Shown here piece by piece: positions 9,892 through 20,580 of a stretch of 64,000 bases of DNA. Made by a program: the position numbers and the translations under genes. Origin of the DNA: an uncultured Planctomycetia bacterium (GTDB taxonomy: Bacteria > 4484-113 > JAGGVC01); the NCBI GenBank assembly GCA_964388445.1, contig CAYMAI010000004.1, positions 80,127-144,126 of the forward strand, given 5' to 3'. Under the pieces are notes generated by a model. That model was not told the origin of the DNA. It did no database searches and worked only from the letters and a program-made list of their open reading frames with translations. Each line of letters opens with the position of its first letter. Positions within the stretch are counted from its first letter, which is position 1.

Positions 9892-10698
9892 TCAGGCGGT
9901 ATCGCCGGAGCCTTCCTTTTCGCCTTCGCCCGCGGGTTTGCCCGAAATGTCCCTGTCGAATTCGTCCGGCCTGTCGTAGCCGAACTGCATATAGCCTTTG
10001 CGCGCATCGGGAGAAAGCAGAAAGTCCGCCAGCTTTTGAGCGCCGCTCTTTGCGCCGGGAAGCAAGACAAGCGGGTATGCGTACGGAGTGTGGCTTTCGG
10101 GCGGCAAGTAATCGACGATTGTCAGATAGTCTTCGCCGTGAATTTCGCTTGCGAAAACAATTGCGCAATCCGCTTCGGCTTTTTCGAGAAAGAGGCGCAT
10201 CGAGCTTAGCGCGGGGAGAACGAGCACTTCGGATTCGCCCTTGCCCGCGCCGTAAAACTCGAGCGATTCGTTCGCGAGCAGCCCGGAGCGCGAAGCGGTG
10301 GGCGAGAGCACGGCTATTTTCCGGGCGTGCCTGACGAATTCGACGGCGTTTTGGCCTTCGAGCGACGGCGGCGCGCCTTCGGCGCGGAAAATGACGACCG
10401 CCAGCCTTTCGAGAAAAAGGAATTTGACGTTTTCCTCGCCGGCAAGCTCCCTTTGGGCGAGGAAGTCTATCGCGCCGGGCGCGTCGGGAATGAAAACGTC
10501 GCACTCCGCGCCGCCGCCAATCGTGCGGGAAAGCTCGCCCGAATCGCCGGTGATGAGCGTGTAGTCGATTCCGGTTTCGGCTTTGAAAATTTCAAGCGAA
10601 TTCACGACCGGAGCGGAAAGCCCGATGCCGGCGAAAACGACGGCGGGCTCGTTCGGCGGCGCCTTTTCGCGCGGACACGCAGTAAAGAGAATCGCCAT
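9892..10698 (-). CDS. ModA/TupA-like periplasmic substrate-binding lipoprotein (molybdate/tungstate family)
   Basis: Lipobox (FTAC). VFAGIGL...DSGELSRTIGGGAECDVFI pattern resembles ModA-type binding proteins. No ABC partner genes adjacent. Start set at the internal ATG. Confidence 0.5.
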   Translation of the reverse strand: MAILFTACPREKAPPNEPAVVFAGIGLSAPVVNSLEIFKAETGIDYTLITGDSGELSRTIGGGAECDVFIPDAPGAIDFLAQRELAGEENVKFLFLERLAVVIFRAEGAPPSLEGQNAVEFVRHARKIAVLSPTASRSGLLANESLEFYGAGKGESEVLVLPALSSMRLFLEKAEADCAIVFASEIHGEDYLTIVDYLPPESHTPYAYPLVLLPGAKSGAQKLADFLLSPDARKGYMQFGYDRPDEFDRDISGKPAGEGEKEGSGDTA

Positions 10699-10755
10699 TG
10701 CGGCAGCGGCGGCGAAAATGCACGCTTTGCGCGGCCGGAAAATTATGAACATCGG

Positions 10756-11463
10756 TTAGACCACCGTGTTGATTCGCGACGCGGCGCTGCTTACGCTTCC
10801 CGCTCGCGCCGATGCGGAGGATTGGGCGTCGAGGTTGGCCTTCGCCACTTCGTAAGCCGCCGCTTTCGATTCGGCCATTTTTTCGCGCTCGATGCCCGCT
10901 ATTTGCCTGTCCAGCGCCGCCACCTCGCGTTCCAGACTTTTTCTTTCGCGGACCTGCTGTTTTCTATCGAAATCCGCGACTACCGAATCGGCCTTTTTCC
11001 GCGACTCGGACGCGAGCCTGAGCCGGAGTTCCGCTATTTTGCGCTCGACAACCGAGCGCTCGACGCCGAGGGATTCGCGCCGGCGTGCCGTGAACGAATC
11101 TCCCTGTTCTCCGCGTGAACCGGTGTCCGGATTGGCGCGGTTCGAGGCGCTTCGAACGGCGTCGCGTGCGCCTTCTCGCGGCGGAAGTTTAGCGGATTCG
11201 CCGCGCTCGTACGCGGCGCGCGCCGCGACTTCGGGCGGCACCGAATATGCCTGCCTTTCGGCGGAGCGGATTTTGAGAGTGCGCCCCGAAATTTCCGCTT
11301 TGAAATCCGGACTGGGCGCTGCGGGCGCGTCGGCGCGAACGTTCGTTGCCGGTTTTGCGCCGGACTGTGCGCCGGGCGCGCGGGTATCCGGCCTATCCTC
11401 CGGGACATGCGTACCGGTTTTCGCCCTAATCACCGAGCCGATCAAGTCTTCGGGTATTTTCAT
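10756..11463 (-). CDS. hypothetical coiled-coil protein
   Basis: ATG preceded by GGAGG. Arg/Glu-rich C-terminal half (ELRLRLASESRKK...EREVAALDRQIAGIEREK) suggests coiled coil. No family call. Confidence 0.45.
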   Translation of the reverse strand: MKIPEDLIGSVIRAKTGTHVPEDRPDTRAPGAQSGAKPATNVRADAPAAPSPDFKAEISGRTLKIRSAERQAYSVPPEVAARAAYERGESAKLPPREGARDAVRSASNRANPDTGSRGEQGDSFTARRRESLGVERSVVERKIAELRLRLASESRKKADSVVADFDRKQQVRERKSLEREVAALDRQIAGIEREKMAESKAAAYEVAKANLDAQSSASARAGSVSSAASRINTVV

Positions 11464-11671
11464 CGCTGCCTCCGGGCGGCACAAAATTATACCCCGCGAA
11501 GCCGGATTATCGGGATAAAATCCGCGTCTTTGGCGCAAATCCGTTCGAAGCGGGCGGCGCGATGGCTTGCGGAACTCGATTTTTTTCGAAATAGCGAAGA
11601 AACCGTGCGGATTGTGGTAGAATAAACTGGCTTTATAAGCGGCGTTTTGCCGCATTATTAGGAGTATCGAG

Positions 11672-13483
11672 ATGAGGAATTGGCTTGTTTGTGCGGGAGT
11701 ATTGCTGTCATTTATCATACTAGCGGCGCTTCAGGCCTGCACCGGCTCATCGCTGTCGCACGAGCCGTCATCGAACGATCCCGCGCCGAAAGGATACTCG
11801 GCGCCGAAAGACGGCGAGCGCGTTCAAACCGGCGGCGGGTTTTCGATTCACCCCACGGACGAACGCGGCAATCCGCGCCCCGACCTTGCCGCGAATTTTT
11901 CGCTGAAAGTCATCGAAGCGAAAGACGCGACCATCGTGGAGGTGTACGCGGTGAACTTCGAGGACGCTGACTGGGCGTTTTTCAAACTCAACTACAACTG
12001 GAACATGTATAAGCCCAAGAGCGTGGACTTCACGGAATTCATGGGCGGTCCGGGCGAAGTGATTTCGCTTGCGATAACCGGATATTGGAAATACGTGGAC
12101 GTCGGAATCGTGCGCACGTACTTCGACAAGCGTCCCGGCGTGGACGGCAGTGGAATGCTATGCCGTGCGTACTTCGACAACTCGCCTTTCGGCGAAAAGC
12201 GCTATGTGGCGAGAGACCCGCAGAATCCGGCCAACGACGCGCCGACGAGCGACGTCAACCGCGTGACGATTACGGTGGCGCTCGTTGACGGCAAGCCCCA
12301 GCTTACATGGCGCGAGCGCAACATCGGCGACGGCGACAACAGCGGCGAAGTGGGAATTCCCGATATCACGCCTATCGCGCTGAACTATCTCGATACGCTT
12401 CCGAACCCGTCGAAGCCGTGGCTGGAAATCGTGGATTACGACGCTAACGGCGAAATCGGCGTTCCGGACATTACGCCCATAGCAATCAGGTATCTTACGA
12501 ATCTAGTCGGCTATCAGGTGCTTACGAGCACGAACGGCGTGAATTTCACGCCGCTTACGAGCGGCGCGACCGTGACCCGCAGTTCGATGAACCCCGCGCC
12601 GAAAACGTCGGACGGCCGGATTCAATACACATGGAGCGCGGCGACGCTGCCGGACGTGGACACTTTCTATCGCGTGGCGCCGGTTGCGGCGAACGGCAAC
12701 ATCGGCCAAATGTCGAACACGGCGCAGTTCCAAACCTCCCAGCCGCTTCAAAACGTCAGGATTATCAACCCGGTGACGGGCGATCCGATTCTCGGCATCG
12801 ACCCAGACCCGAACGCGCTGCCGCTAATCGTTACCGAAACGAGCAGGATTTCGCCGAGCGCGGCGGAAGGATTCGCTCGCCCGCAGGTGCAGCTTCGCGC
12901 GTACGGCCTTCCGGTCGGCGCGGCGCAGGAAATCGAAGTGACCGACCAAGTGCTTTGGGACATCGAACTTCACGACCAAGTGGCGATGGTTGGCAATTCG
13001 AGCGAGGACAAGGGTCTCGTGACGGGCCTAAACCGCGGCTTCGCCGTAGTGCGGGCGATGAGCCCGTTCGATTTCCAGGTGAAGGCGACGTTCACGATTT
13101 CTTGCGCGACGATTCAATCGCTCGACATGACGACGGGCGGCTCGACGAACCCGATTAACATAGCGGCCGGAACCGATGTGCCGTTCCAGGTGCTCGCCAC
13201 GTTTTCGGACGGCTACGACCCCGACCCCGGCACGCCGCAGGACGAAACGCCCGATATAACCGGAATCAACATCACGCCGTACGTGGGCTGGTTGCACGTG
13301 CAGAACACAGTTAACCCCGTGAACTTCATTTTCCGCACGGACGGCACGCTGATTACCACGAATCCCGGAATTCAAACCGGCGATTGGGTGCGCGTGTTCT
13401 GTCAGTATCCCGCGGAGGAAAACCCGGTAATCGCGTTCGGCTTCGTCGCGACGAGCAACCCGATTCAGGTGAATTTCAATTAG
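11672..13483 (+). CDS. surface lipoprotein with duplicated dockerin-like Ca-binding repeat
   Basis: Lipobox (LQAC). Twin segments DGDNSGEVGIPDITPIALNYL and DYDANGEIGVPDITPIAIRYL at nt ~12330-12490. Paralogous to the genes at 47866 and 52803. Confidence 0.7.
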   Translation: MRNWLVCAGVLLSFIILAALQACTGSSLSHEPSSNDPAPKGYSAPKDGERVQTGGGFSIHPTDERGNPRPDLAANFSLKVIEAKDATIVEVYAVNFEDADWAFFKLNYNWNMYKPKSVDFTEFMGGPGEVISLAITGYWKYVDVGIVRTYFDKRPGVDGSGMLCRAYFDNSPFGEKRYVARDPQNPANDAPTSDVNRVTITVALVDGKPQLTWRERNIGDGDNSGEVGIPDITPIALNYLDTLPNPSKPWLEIVDYDANGEIGVPDITPIAIRYLTNLVGYQVLTSTNGVNFTPLTSGATVTRSSMNPAPKTSDGRIQYTWSAATLPDVDTFYRVAPVAANGNIGQMSNTAQFQTSQPLQNVRIINPVTGDPILGIDPDPNALPLIVTETSRISPSAAEGFARPQVQLRAYGLPVGAAQEIEVTDQVLWDIELHDQVAMVGNSSEDKGLVTGLNRGFAVVRAMSPFDFQVKATFTISCATIQSLDMTTGGSTNPINIAAGTDVPFQVLATFSDGYDPDPGTPQDETPDITGINITPYVGWLHVQNTVNPVNFIFRTDGTLITTNPGIQTGDWVRVFCQYPAEENPVIAFGFVATSNPIQVNFN

Positions 13484-14269
13484 GCGGCGGACAGCTTTGA
13501 CCGATGGATCTTGACGAGCCGATTGGCTCTTTAAGTCTATATTTCGCTTAAGCAGGGCCGAATCCTTACGGGAGTTTGGTTAATCAAACGATTCGAAGTA
13601 ACGCGGCTCTCGATAAAATAATCGGCTTTCCCGGCAGGTAAGCACTTTTGGCAATTTGGTCATTGATGAAGCTTTGCCATTACGTTTTTCGATGAGACAT
13701 AAATCTATAAATTTTGCGCTGACGATTGCGAGAGTAGCCTATTTAATGGTCTTTTTGACCATGATTACTCCGCCAGGTTCGCACATTAAACTTTGTTTTT
13801 CGGGAAAAGTACCGCCGAAATTAATACTCTCCGATTGCACCGCGGATTCTTCAAAGGTCGGTGGCAATTGCCAAAGCGGCTTCGTATGCTCGGAGCATAG
13901 CGTCGAATGCAAGGATATCGTAATCGTATGCGGAATATCCCAAGACAAAATCCGCAATCCGCGGTTTGCGGACAAAATGGATACGGGTTTCGATTTGCAA
14001 ATTCGGAAATGTTCGAATTTGCTTTTAGTCATGCCTAGAGCCATATTTCATTCGCCGGATAGTCGCACAATTGTTTTCGGCAACTACTTAATTCATCAAT
14101 TTCGGCAATTGAACGCGCTTAAAGCGGTCGTTTTACGCATATAAAAACAGCCCGCCGGCAATAGCCGGAATTTTATCGCGCTCGGGCGATTGGCCTTGAT
14201 GGCCGGTTAGCAATCATCGCTTCTGCGCACATTATCCTAGCGAAACTACTTTTCACGGGTGAAAGCCAA

Positions 14270-15676
14270 ATGAAACGCCTGCATTCGATTTACTTTTTGT
14301 TCGCATTCGCCTTGTTTCCGGTTTATGCCGCAAGCACACCGTTTTCATCTGCTGTCGCGCGGGGCGAACCGTATTCGTCCAACGTAATTCAGGTCGGAAA
14401 AAACGGACGTCCGGCTGCGGAGCGGATTCAAACTTCTCAATCGGATGACCATCGGCATGCGATAAACCTTCAAGCCGCTCTTCTTCTTGCGCTGAAAAAC
14501 AGCCCCGCGCTCGCGGCGGCGATCGAAGAAATAAAGGCCAAAAACGCGGCGGCATATCAAGAAGGACTTCGTCCGAATCCCGAGCTTGGGCTGGAATTGG
14601 AAAACTTCGCGGGGCAGGACGAACTAACGGGATTCCGAAGCCTCGAAACCACGATTTCGTATTCCCGGCTGGTCGAAGTAAAAAACAAAAGAAAGCTGCG
14701 CCGCCAAGCCGCTTTTTACGAATCCGCGATTAAAGAATGGGATTATCGCGCGAAGGCGCTTGACATAATCGCGCTTGCGGCATCCGCGTATTTCGATGTG
14801 TCTTTCGCGCAAAAGCAAGTTGAACTCGATTACGAACTGCTCGACATCGCGGAGAAAACCGCCGCCGCGGTAAGCCTGAAAGTGGAAGCCGGCAAAGTCG
14901 CGCCGATGGAAAAATCGCGTTCCGAAATAGAGCTCGCCTTCGCGAGAACAAGCGCGAACAAATCGGAAAGCGAGTTATCGGCGGCCAAGGATCGCTTGGC
15001 GAAAATGATTGGATTGGAGGTTGAGGACATTTCGGTAATTGCTTCCGAGACCGAAAACTTGTCAATGCCGGATTGGGAAGCCGGGCTTGCCGACGGGATA
15101 ATGAACAATCCGGATTATGCCAGATGGGAGACCGAAATCGGTTTGAGTCAATCGAATTACTTATTGGCCGTCGCAGACTCTCACTCGGATTTAACCTTGA
15201 GCGCGGGCATACGAAATTTTCGGGATGCCGATGCATTCGCGTTTCTTTTGGGCATTTCCATACCTTTGGCCGTGACCAACAAAAACCAAGGCAAAATTGA
15301 AGAAACCATCGCGCTCATAGAAAACGCGAAGGCGAGTCGCGATGCCGCCGAAATCGCTCTGCGCACCGAGGTTTCGGAGGCTCTACAAAACTTGTCAACG
15401 GCATATATCGAAGCGGTCGCGCTTCGGGACGAAATCTTGCCGAAAGCGGGCGAGCTTTACGAAGCGAATTTGCTCGGCTATCGCGAAGGAAAATTCGACC
15501 TTTTGCAAATGCTCGACGCGCAAAGAACTCTGTTCGACATGAAAAGGCAATATTTGAATTCGCTAAAGGAATATCAATCGGCAAAAATCCGTTTAAACCG
15601 GTTGATTGGAGAAATACCGGAAGGCGCCGAAACCGTGCTTACTTTAGGGCAAGGCATTTTGGAGGTTGAAAAATGA
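14270..15676 (+). CDS. czcC: outer membrane efflux protein, heavy-metal RND system (CzcC/TolC family)
   Basis: Signal peptide. OEP-family repeats. First gene of a C-B-A operon. Confidence 0.75.
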   Translation: MKRLHSIYFLFAFALFPVYAASTPFSSAVARGEPYSSNVIQVGKNGRPAAERIQTSQSDDHRHAINLQAALLLALKNSPALAAAIEEIKAKNAAAYQEGLRPNPELGLELENFAGQDELTGFRSLETTISYSRLVEVKNKRKLRRQAAFYESAIKEWDYRAKALDIIALAASAYFDVSFAQKQVELDYELLDIAEKTAAAVSLKVEAGKVAPMEKSRSEIELAFARTSANKSESELSAAKDRLAKMIGLEVEDISVIASETENLSMPDWEAGLADGIMNNPDYARWETEIGLSQSNYLLAVADSHSDLTLSAGIRNFRDADAFAFLLGISIPLAVTNKNQGKIEETIALIENAKASRDAAEIALRTEVSEALQNLSTAYIEAVALRDEILPKAGELYEANLLGYREGKFDLLQMLDAQRTLFDMKRQYLNSLKEYQSAKIRLNRLIGEIPEGAETVLTLGQGILEVEK

Positions 15677-16998
15677 AAAGAGGAATTGCGATAGTTCTTG
15701 GCATCGCGGTTATCTTGTTTTTGATTCTCGGCATGTACTACTTGGTTATCGCCAAACTCGGACCGTTAACCGCCGGAAACGGGCAAGGCGGAATGGAAAA
15801 TGTGGATGAAGACCCCCACTCAATTCATGGCTCGCACTCCGATCACGATCACGAGGACGGGCATGACGGCGCACACGACGACGGCGAATCGAGCGAAGAT
15901 GAGGACGATCATGCGCACGGCGGCGAAGCTCACGAAGATGACGTGGTCAATTTGACGGAATCCGAACTTGAAGAATTCGGCATAGAGGTTTTAACTGCGA
16001 AACCCGGAAAAATCGTGAAGTTTGTCGAACTACCCGGCGAAATCGTGCTAAACGCAGACCGATTGGCGCATGTCGTTCCGCGGCTGTCGGGCATCGTTCG
16101 CGAAGTGAAAGTCAAAGTGGGCGACTCCGTAAGGGCCGGAAACGTCCTCGCGGTGATTGACAGCCAAGAACTCGCGGAAGCTAAAAGCGCGTTTCTCGCC
16201 GCAACCGAGCGGGAAAAATTGGCGGCGGCAAATTTCCAGCGGGAGGAAAAGTTATGGGAGAAAAAGATAACGAGCGAGCTTGAATATCTCGAAGCCAAAC
16301 AAACCCTTGCGGAAGCGCGCATTACAAGAAACGCCGCAACGCAGCAGCTATTGGCGCTCGGAATTCCGGAGAGCAGTCTCGAAAAGATTTTGCTCGATTC
16401 GGACCCGGTTGTAACGAGATTCGTAATTCGCGCGCCGTTCGGCGGAACTATCATAGAAAAGCATATCGCTTTGGGAGAAAGGGTTGGCGCCGAAACCGAT
16501 ATTTTCACGGTCGCCGACCTTTCGACCGTGTGGGTGAATGTCAGCATATACCAGAAAGATTTGGCCGCGATTCGAAAAGGGCAAACAGTGGCGATTGACA
16601 TCGGCCACGATATTCCCGAAGCGAAAGGAACCATAGCCTGGATTAGCCCGCATGTGGACGAAGCGACAAGAACGGCCTTGGCGCGCGTCGTGTTACCGAA
16701 TCCGGACGGGCTGTATCGTCCCGGCTTGTTTCTGACGGCGAAAATCGCGACTTCGGAAGAAACGGCGAGCGTCGTTGTTCCGAAGGGCGCGCTTCAGACA
16801 TTCGAAGGAAGAACCGTCGTGTTCGTTCAAACAAACAGGGGATTTGAACCTGTGCCGGTGGAAGTGGGGCAAGAAAACACGGACACGGTCGAAATCGCGT
16901 CTGGGCTGGCGGAAGGGCAGCACTATGTCAGCAAGGGCGCATTCACATTGAAAGCGACGCTCGAAAAGGGCGCGTTCGGAGACGGCCACAACCATTGA
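15673..16998 (+). CDS. czcB: RND efflux membrane fusion protein (CzcB/CusB family) with His-rich metal-binding N-terminus
   Basis: ATGA start/stop overlap with czcC. N-terminal TM helix followed by an HSIHGSHSDHDHEDGHDGAHDDG...DHAHGGEAHED tract. HlyD-like beta-barrel/lipoyl motifs. Confidence 0.8.
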   Translation: MKRGIAIVLGIAVILFLILGMYYLVIAKLGPLTAGNGQGGMENVDEDPHSIHGSHSDHDHEDGHDGAHDDGESSEDEDDHAHGGEAHEDDVVNLTESELEEFGIEVLTAKPGKIVKFVELPGEIVLNADRLAHVVPRLSGIVREVKVKVGDSVRAGNVLAVIDSQELAEAKSAFLAATEREKLAAANFQREEKLWEKKITSELEYLEAKQTLAEARITRNAATQQLLALGIPESSLEKILLDSDPVVTRFVIRAPFGGTIIEKHIALGERVGAETDIFTVADLSTVWVNVSIYQKDLAAIRKGQTVAIDIGHDIPEAKGTIAWISPHVDEATRTALARVVLPNPDGLYRPGLFLTAKIATSEETASVVVPKGALQTFEGRTVVFVQTNRGFEPVPVEVGQENTDTVEIASGLAEGQHYVSKGAFTLKATLEKGAFGDGHNH

Positions 16999-17014
16999 AA
17001 GCGAGGATTGAAAA

Positions 17015-20000
17015 ATGCTGATTCGATTCGTATTGCGCAACCGCCTGTTGATGGGTGTAATGGGTTTGCTCGTATTCGCCGCCGGCTGGTACAGCTATGA
17101 AGAACTTCCCGTGGACGCCTTTCCGGACGTGACGCCCGCTCTGGTGCAAGTATTTACCGAAACCGAAGGGCTGGCGCCGGAAGAAGTTGAAAAATTCGTC
17201 ACCTATCCCGTTGAATCCGCGATGAACGGACTCCCGAACCTTAAAGAAATTCGTTCGACATCCAACTTCGGGCTATCGGTTGTCAACATCTATTTCGAGG
17301 ACGACACCGATATTTATTTTGCCCGCCAGCTTGTGGGAGAACGGCTTCAACTTGCTCGCGAGGAAATATTCGAAGGTTTCGGCGTGCCGGAAATGGGGCC
17401 GATTGCGACCGGTTTGGGACAGATTCTGTTTTTCGTGGTCGAAGACGAGTCGAAAACCCGGACGCCGGAAGAGCTGAGGGAAATTCAAGACTGGCTAATA
17501 AAGTACAACCTGCAAATCGTACCCGGCGTCACCGAGGTTTTATCGCTCGGCGGAGAGGTTAAGCAATTTCATATACTTGTCAGTCCGGCGAATTTGCTTC
17601 GCTACGGCATTACGATAAGCGATCTCAAAGAAAAAGTGCAAGCAAACAATTCGAATGCCGGCGCGCAATTCCTCGTAATCAATTCCGACGAATACATTGT
17701 GCGATCCGTCGGGTTGGCGGAAAAAATCGCCGACCTTGAAAACATAGTTCTAAAGGTGGAGGACGGAACGCCGGTTTATCTAAGCCAAGTCGCAGAAATT
17801 CGGGTTGGCGGCGAAATCCGGCGCGGACTAGCGACGATGAACGGCGCGGGAGAAGTTGTCGTAGGAATGGTGCTGAAGCTTATCGGAACAAACACATCCC
17901 AAGTAATAACCGACGTCAAGGCGAAACTTAAGGAAATCAACGGCGTTCTCCCCGAAGGCGTAAGCGTTGTTCCATATTACGACCAAGCGACTTTGGTTTC
18001 GAAGTGCATTAAGACGGTTTCCGACGCGTTAATCGGCGGCATATTGCTCGTTGCGGGAATCTTGCTGATTTTTATGGGCGGTTTTCGCGCTAGTCTTGTC
18101 GTTGCGCTTTCGATTCCGTTTTCGGTCATGTTCGCGTTCATCATGATGAAGGCGTTCGGCATAAGCGCAAATTTGATGTCGCTAGGCGGACTCGCGATCG
18201 CCATCGGAATGATGGTGGACGCGACAATCGTAATCGTCGAAAACGTTGACAGAATGATAAGGGAGGCAGAGCCGGGCGATTCAAAAATGTCTATCGTGGC
18301 GAGGGCATGCGCGGAAGTTGAAAGACCGATATTTTTTGCCATAGCGATTATCGTTCTCGTGTTCCTGCCGCTTTTCACGCTTCAAGGAGTCGAAGGAAAA
18401 ACGTTCAGGCCGCTGGCGCATACGGTCGCGCTGGCGATGATAGGGTCGCTCATTTATGCGCTTTTTCTTGCTCCGGTTTTGTCCCAGCTGTTCATGAACC
18501 GGCCGAAAAAACCGGCAAGCGGCAAGCAATCGAAGGAAGTTTGGATTGTGCGGCGGATGTTGATTTTGTATGAGCCGCTTGTACGCGTTTTTGTGCGTCG
18601 CCGGTTTCTGGCTATCGCTCTTTCGGGGCTGCTTTTAGGAGCGGGAGCGCTTGTGGTTCCGCGACTTGGTTCCGAATTCGTCCCGAGACTCGACGAAGGC
18701 GATCTGCTTATTCGCGTGACGATGTCGCCTTCCATATCGCTTGAGGAAGCGCGCGAGACCGTATTGCGTTTTGAAAAACGGCTTATGGCGGCTTTCCCGG
18801 AAGTTGTGCAGATTGTGTCGCGTGTCGGGCGCGGCGAAGTCGGAGCGCATGCAGACCCGGTCAACAACGCGGAATCGTTCGTCTCCTTAAGGCCTAAAAG
18901 CGAATGGAAGAACGCTGAAAATTCCGGAGAGTTATATGAGCAGATAAGCGAAACTTTCGAAACTTTTCCCGGCGCGCAGATCAATGTCACCCAGCCAATC
19001 GCTGCCGCTGTTGACGAACTTCTGACCGGAACGAAAGCGGAACTCGCCATCAAAATCTTCGGCCCCGATATGGACGTTCTGCAAGAACTTGCTGCAAAAG
19101 TGGAAAGCGAAATTGGCGGGCTTCGCGGGGCCTTTGACGTTCAGAAAGACCAAGTTGCAGGTACTCCGCAGCTATTGATTCGAATAGACCGAAAAGCGAT
19201 TGCGCGCTATGGCATCAACGTAGATGACATTCAAAGCATCGTCAGGACGGCGGTGGGCGGCGAAACCGCCGGGAAAATATTCGAGGGCGTAAGGCGGTTC
19301 GACATCGTCGTCCGGCTTGCCGAAAGCGCACGAAACAACGTCGAGAAAATACGCCATATATTAATCGCCGCGCCGGACGGCGCGCTCGTTCCGCTCGACC
19401 AGCTGGCATACATCGAGACAATCGTCGGGCCGAGACAGATTACGAGGGAAAACAATCAGCGCTTCATCGCCGTTCAATGCAACGTTCGCGGCCGGGACAT
19501 CGGAAGCTTTGTCGCGGAAGGCCAAAAAGCAATAGGCGACAAAATACAAATGCCAGCCGGTTATTTTGTCAATTGGGGCGGTCAGTTCGAATTGCAGCAG
19601 GAAGCAAACCGGCGGCTCGCCCTAGTCGTGCCTTTCACGCTTTTGATTATCACGCTGCTTTTGTTTATGAATTTCAATTCGCTCAAAAACACGATACTCA
19701 TACTATTCAATATTCCATTGGCGCTTGTCGGCGGCGTCGTTGCGCTGTTGATCACCGGTCAAAATCTTTCCGTTCCCGCTTCGGTCGGTTTTATAGCCTT
19801 GTTCGGCATAGCGCTAGAAAACGGAATGGTTCTCGTCACCTACTTGAATCAGTTGCTTCTAAGGGGAATTAACGTCGATGAAGCGTCGATCACCGGCGCG
19901 TGCCTTAGACTTAGACCGGTTTTGATGACTGCGGTGACCACCGCTTTGGGACTTATTCCGCTGCTGCTCAGCACTGGAACGGGAAGCGAAGTCCAGCGTC

Positions 20001-20110
20001 CGCTCGCTACCGTGGTTCTCGGCGGCCTCGTGACTTCGACTATACTGACGCTGCTCGTCATTCCGGCGTTATATAAATGGTTTGCAATACAGGTTAACAA
20101 GGAGGCTTGA
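17015..20110 (+). CDS. czcA: heavy-metal RND efflux pump, HME family (CzcA/CusA)
   Basis: 1031 aa with 12-TM RND topology. Motifs are typical of AcrB/CzcA-family transporters. Confidence 0.9.
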   Translation: MLIRFVLRNRLLMGVMGLLVFAAGWYSYEELPVDAFPDVTPALVQVFTETEGLAPEEVEKFVTYPVESAMNGLPNLKEIRSTSNFGLSVVNIYFEDDTDIYFARQLVGERLQLAREEIFEGFGVPEMGPIATGLGQILFFVVEDESKTRTPEELREIQDWLIKYNLQIVPGVTEVLSLGGEVKQFHILVSPANLLRYGITISDLKEKVQANNSNAGAQFLVINSDEYIVRSVGLAEKIADLENIVLKVEDGTPVYLSQVAEIRVGGEIRRGLATMNGAGEVVVGMVLKLIGTNTSQVITDVKAKLKEINGVLPEGVSVVPYYDQATLVSKCIKTVSDALIGGILLVAGILLIFMGGFRASLVVALSIPFSVMFAFIMMKAFGISANLMSLGGLAIAIGMMVDATIVIVENVDRMIREAEPGDSKMSIVARACAEVERPIFFAIAIIVLVFLPLFTLQGVEGKTFRPLAHTVALAMIGSLIYALFLAPVLSQLFMNRPKKPASGKQSKEVWIVRRMLILYEPLVRVFVRRRFLAIALSGLLLGAGALVVPRLGSEFVPRLDEGDLLIRVTMSPSISLEEARETVLRFEKRLMAAFPEVVQIVSRVGRGEVGAHADPVNNAESFVSLRPKSEWKNAENSGELYEQISETFETFPGAQINVTQPIAAAVDELLTGTKAELAIKIFGPDMDVLQELAAKVESEIGGLRGAFDVQKDQVAGTPQLLIRIDRKAIARYGINVDDIQSIVRTAVGGETAGKIFEGVRRFDIVVRLAESARNNVEKIRHILIAAPDGALVPLDQLAYIETIVGPRQITRENNQRFIAVQCNVRGRDIGSFVAEGQKAIGDKIQMPAGYFVNWGGQFELQQEANRRLALVVPFTLLIITLLLFMNFNSLKNTILILFNIPLALVGGVVALLITGQNLSVPASVGFIALFGIALENGMVLVTYLNQLLLRGINVDEASITGACLRLRPVLMTAVTTALGLIPLLLSTGTGSEVQRPLATVVLGGLVTSTILTLLVIPALYKWFAIQVNKEA

Positions 20111-20111
20111 G

Positions 20112-20438
20112 GTGAAGGAAATCAAAGCATACGTGGCGAAACGAAAACTTGGCGCCATTACGAGGGCTCTGCACAAAGTGGAAGGCATCACGGGAATGAG
20201 CGTAATCGACCATTTGGGATACGGCCGGGGATTGGCAGTCGCCGCGGAGCCCGAACTGGACTTTCATCACGGGATAAAGATTGAAATAATTTGCAAAGAC
20301 GAATTGGTCGACACAATCGTCTCCGCCATCGAAAAAGTCGCGCGCACCGGCCTTAAAAGCGACGGGAAAATATACGTTTCGCCGATAGAGCAGGCGATTA
20401 GAATCAGCACCGGCGAGCGCGGGGATGGCGCGATATGA
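20112..20438 (+). CDS. P-II (GlnB-like) family small signal-transduction protein associated with RND operon
   Basis: About 108 aa with a GTG start after AGGAGG. Its size and a GlnB-like pattern (EIKAYV...GITGMSV, GKIYVSPIEQAIRISTGE) fit the P-II family. Confidence 0.55.
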   Translation: MKEIKAYVAKRKLGAITRALHKVEGITGMSVIDHLGYGRGLAVAAEPELDFHHGIKIEIICKDELVDTIVSAIEKVARTGLKSDGKIYVSPIEQAIRISTGERGDGAI

Positions 20439-20580
20439 TTGGTGCGAGGTTTCGCTCGCCGGAATTATTGCGTCATTAATCGCCTCACCGCCGATAATCC
20501 GAGCCAATCACGAAATGCGCTGGCTTAAATCGCCCGCGGATTCGATCGGGCCGAATTCGTCCGCCCGCCGGACGGGACAA

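Noticed and set aside
9216-10504. ORFs of 284 aa and 275 aa on the minus strand across the HD-GYP and ModA region
   Set aside because: Overlap genes that have strong motifs. Arg-rich artefacts.
13656-14144. 162-aa and 101-aa ORFs in the AT-rich region upstream of czcC
   Set aside because: Low-complexity translations with no RBS and no family resemblance. Treated as non-coding.
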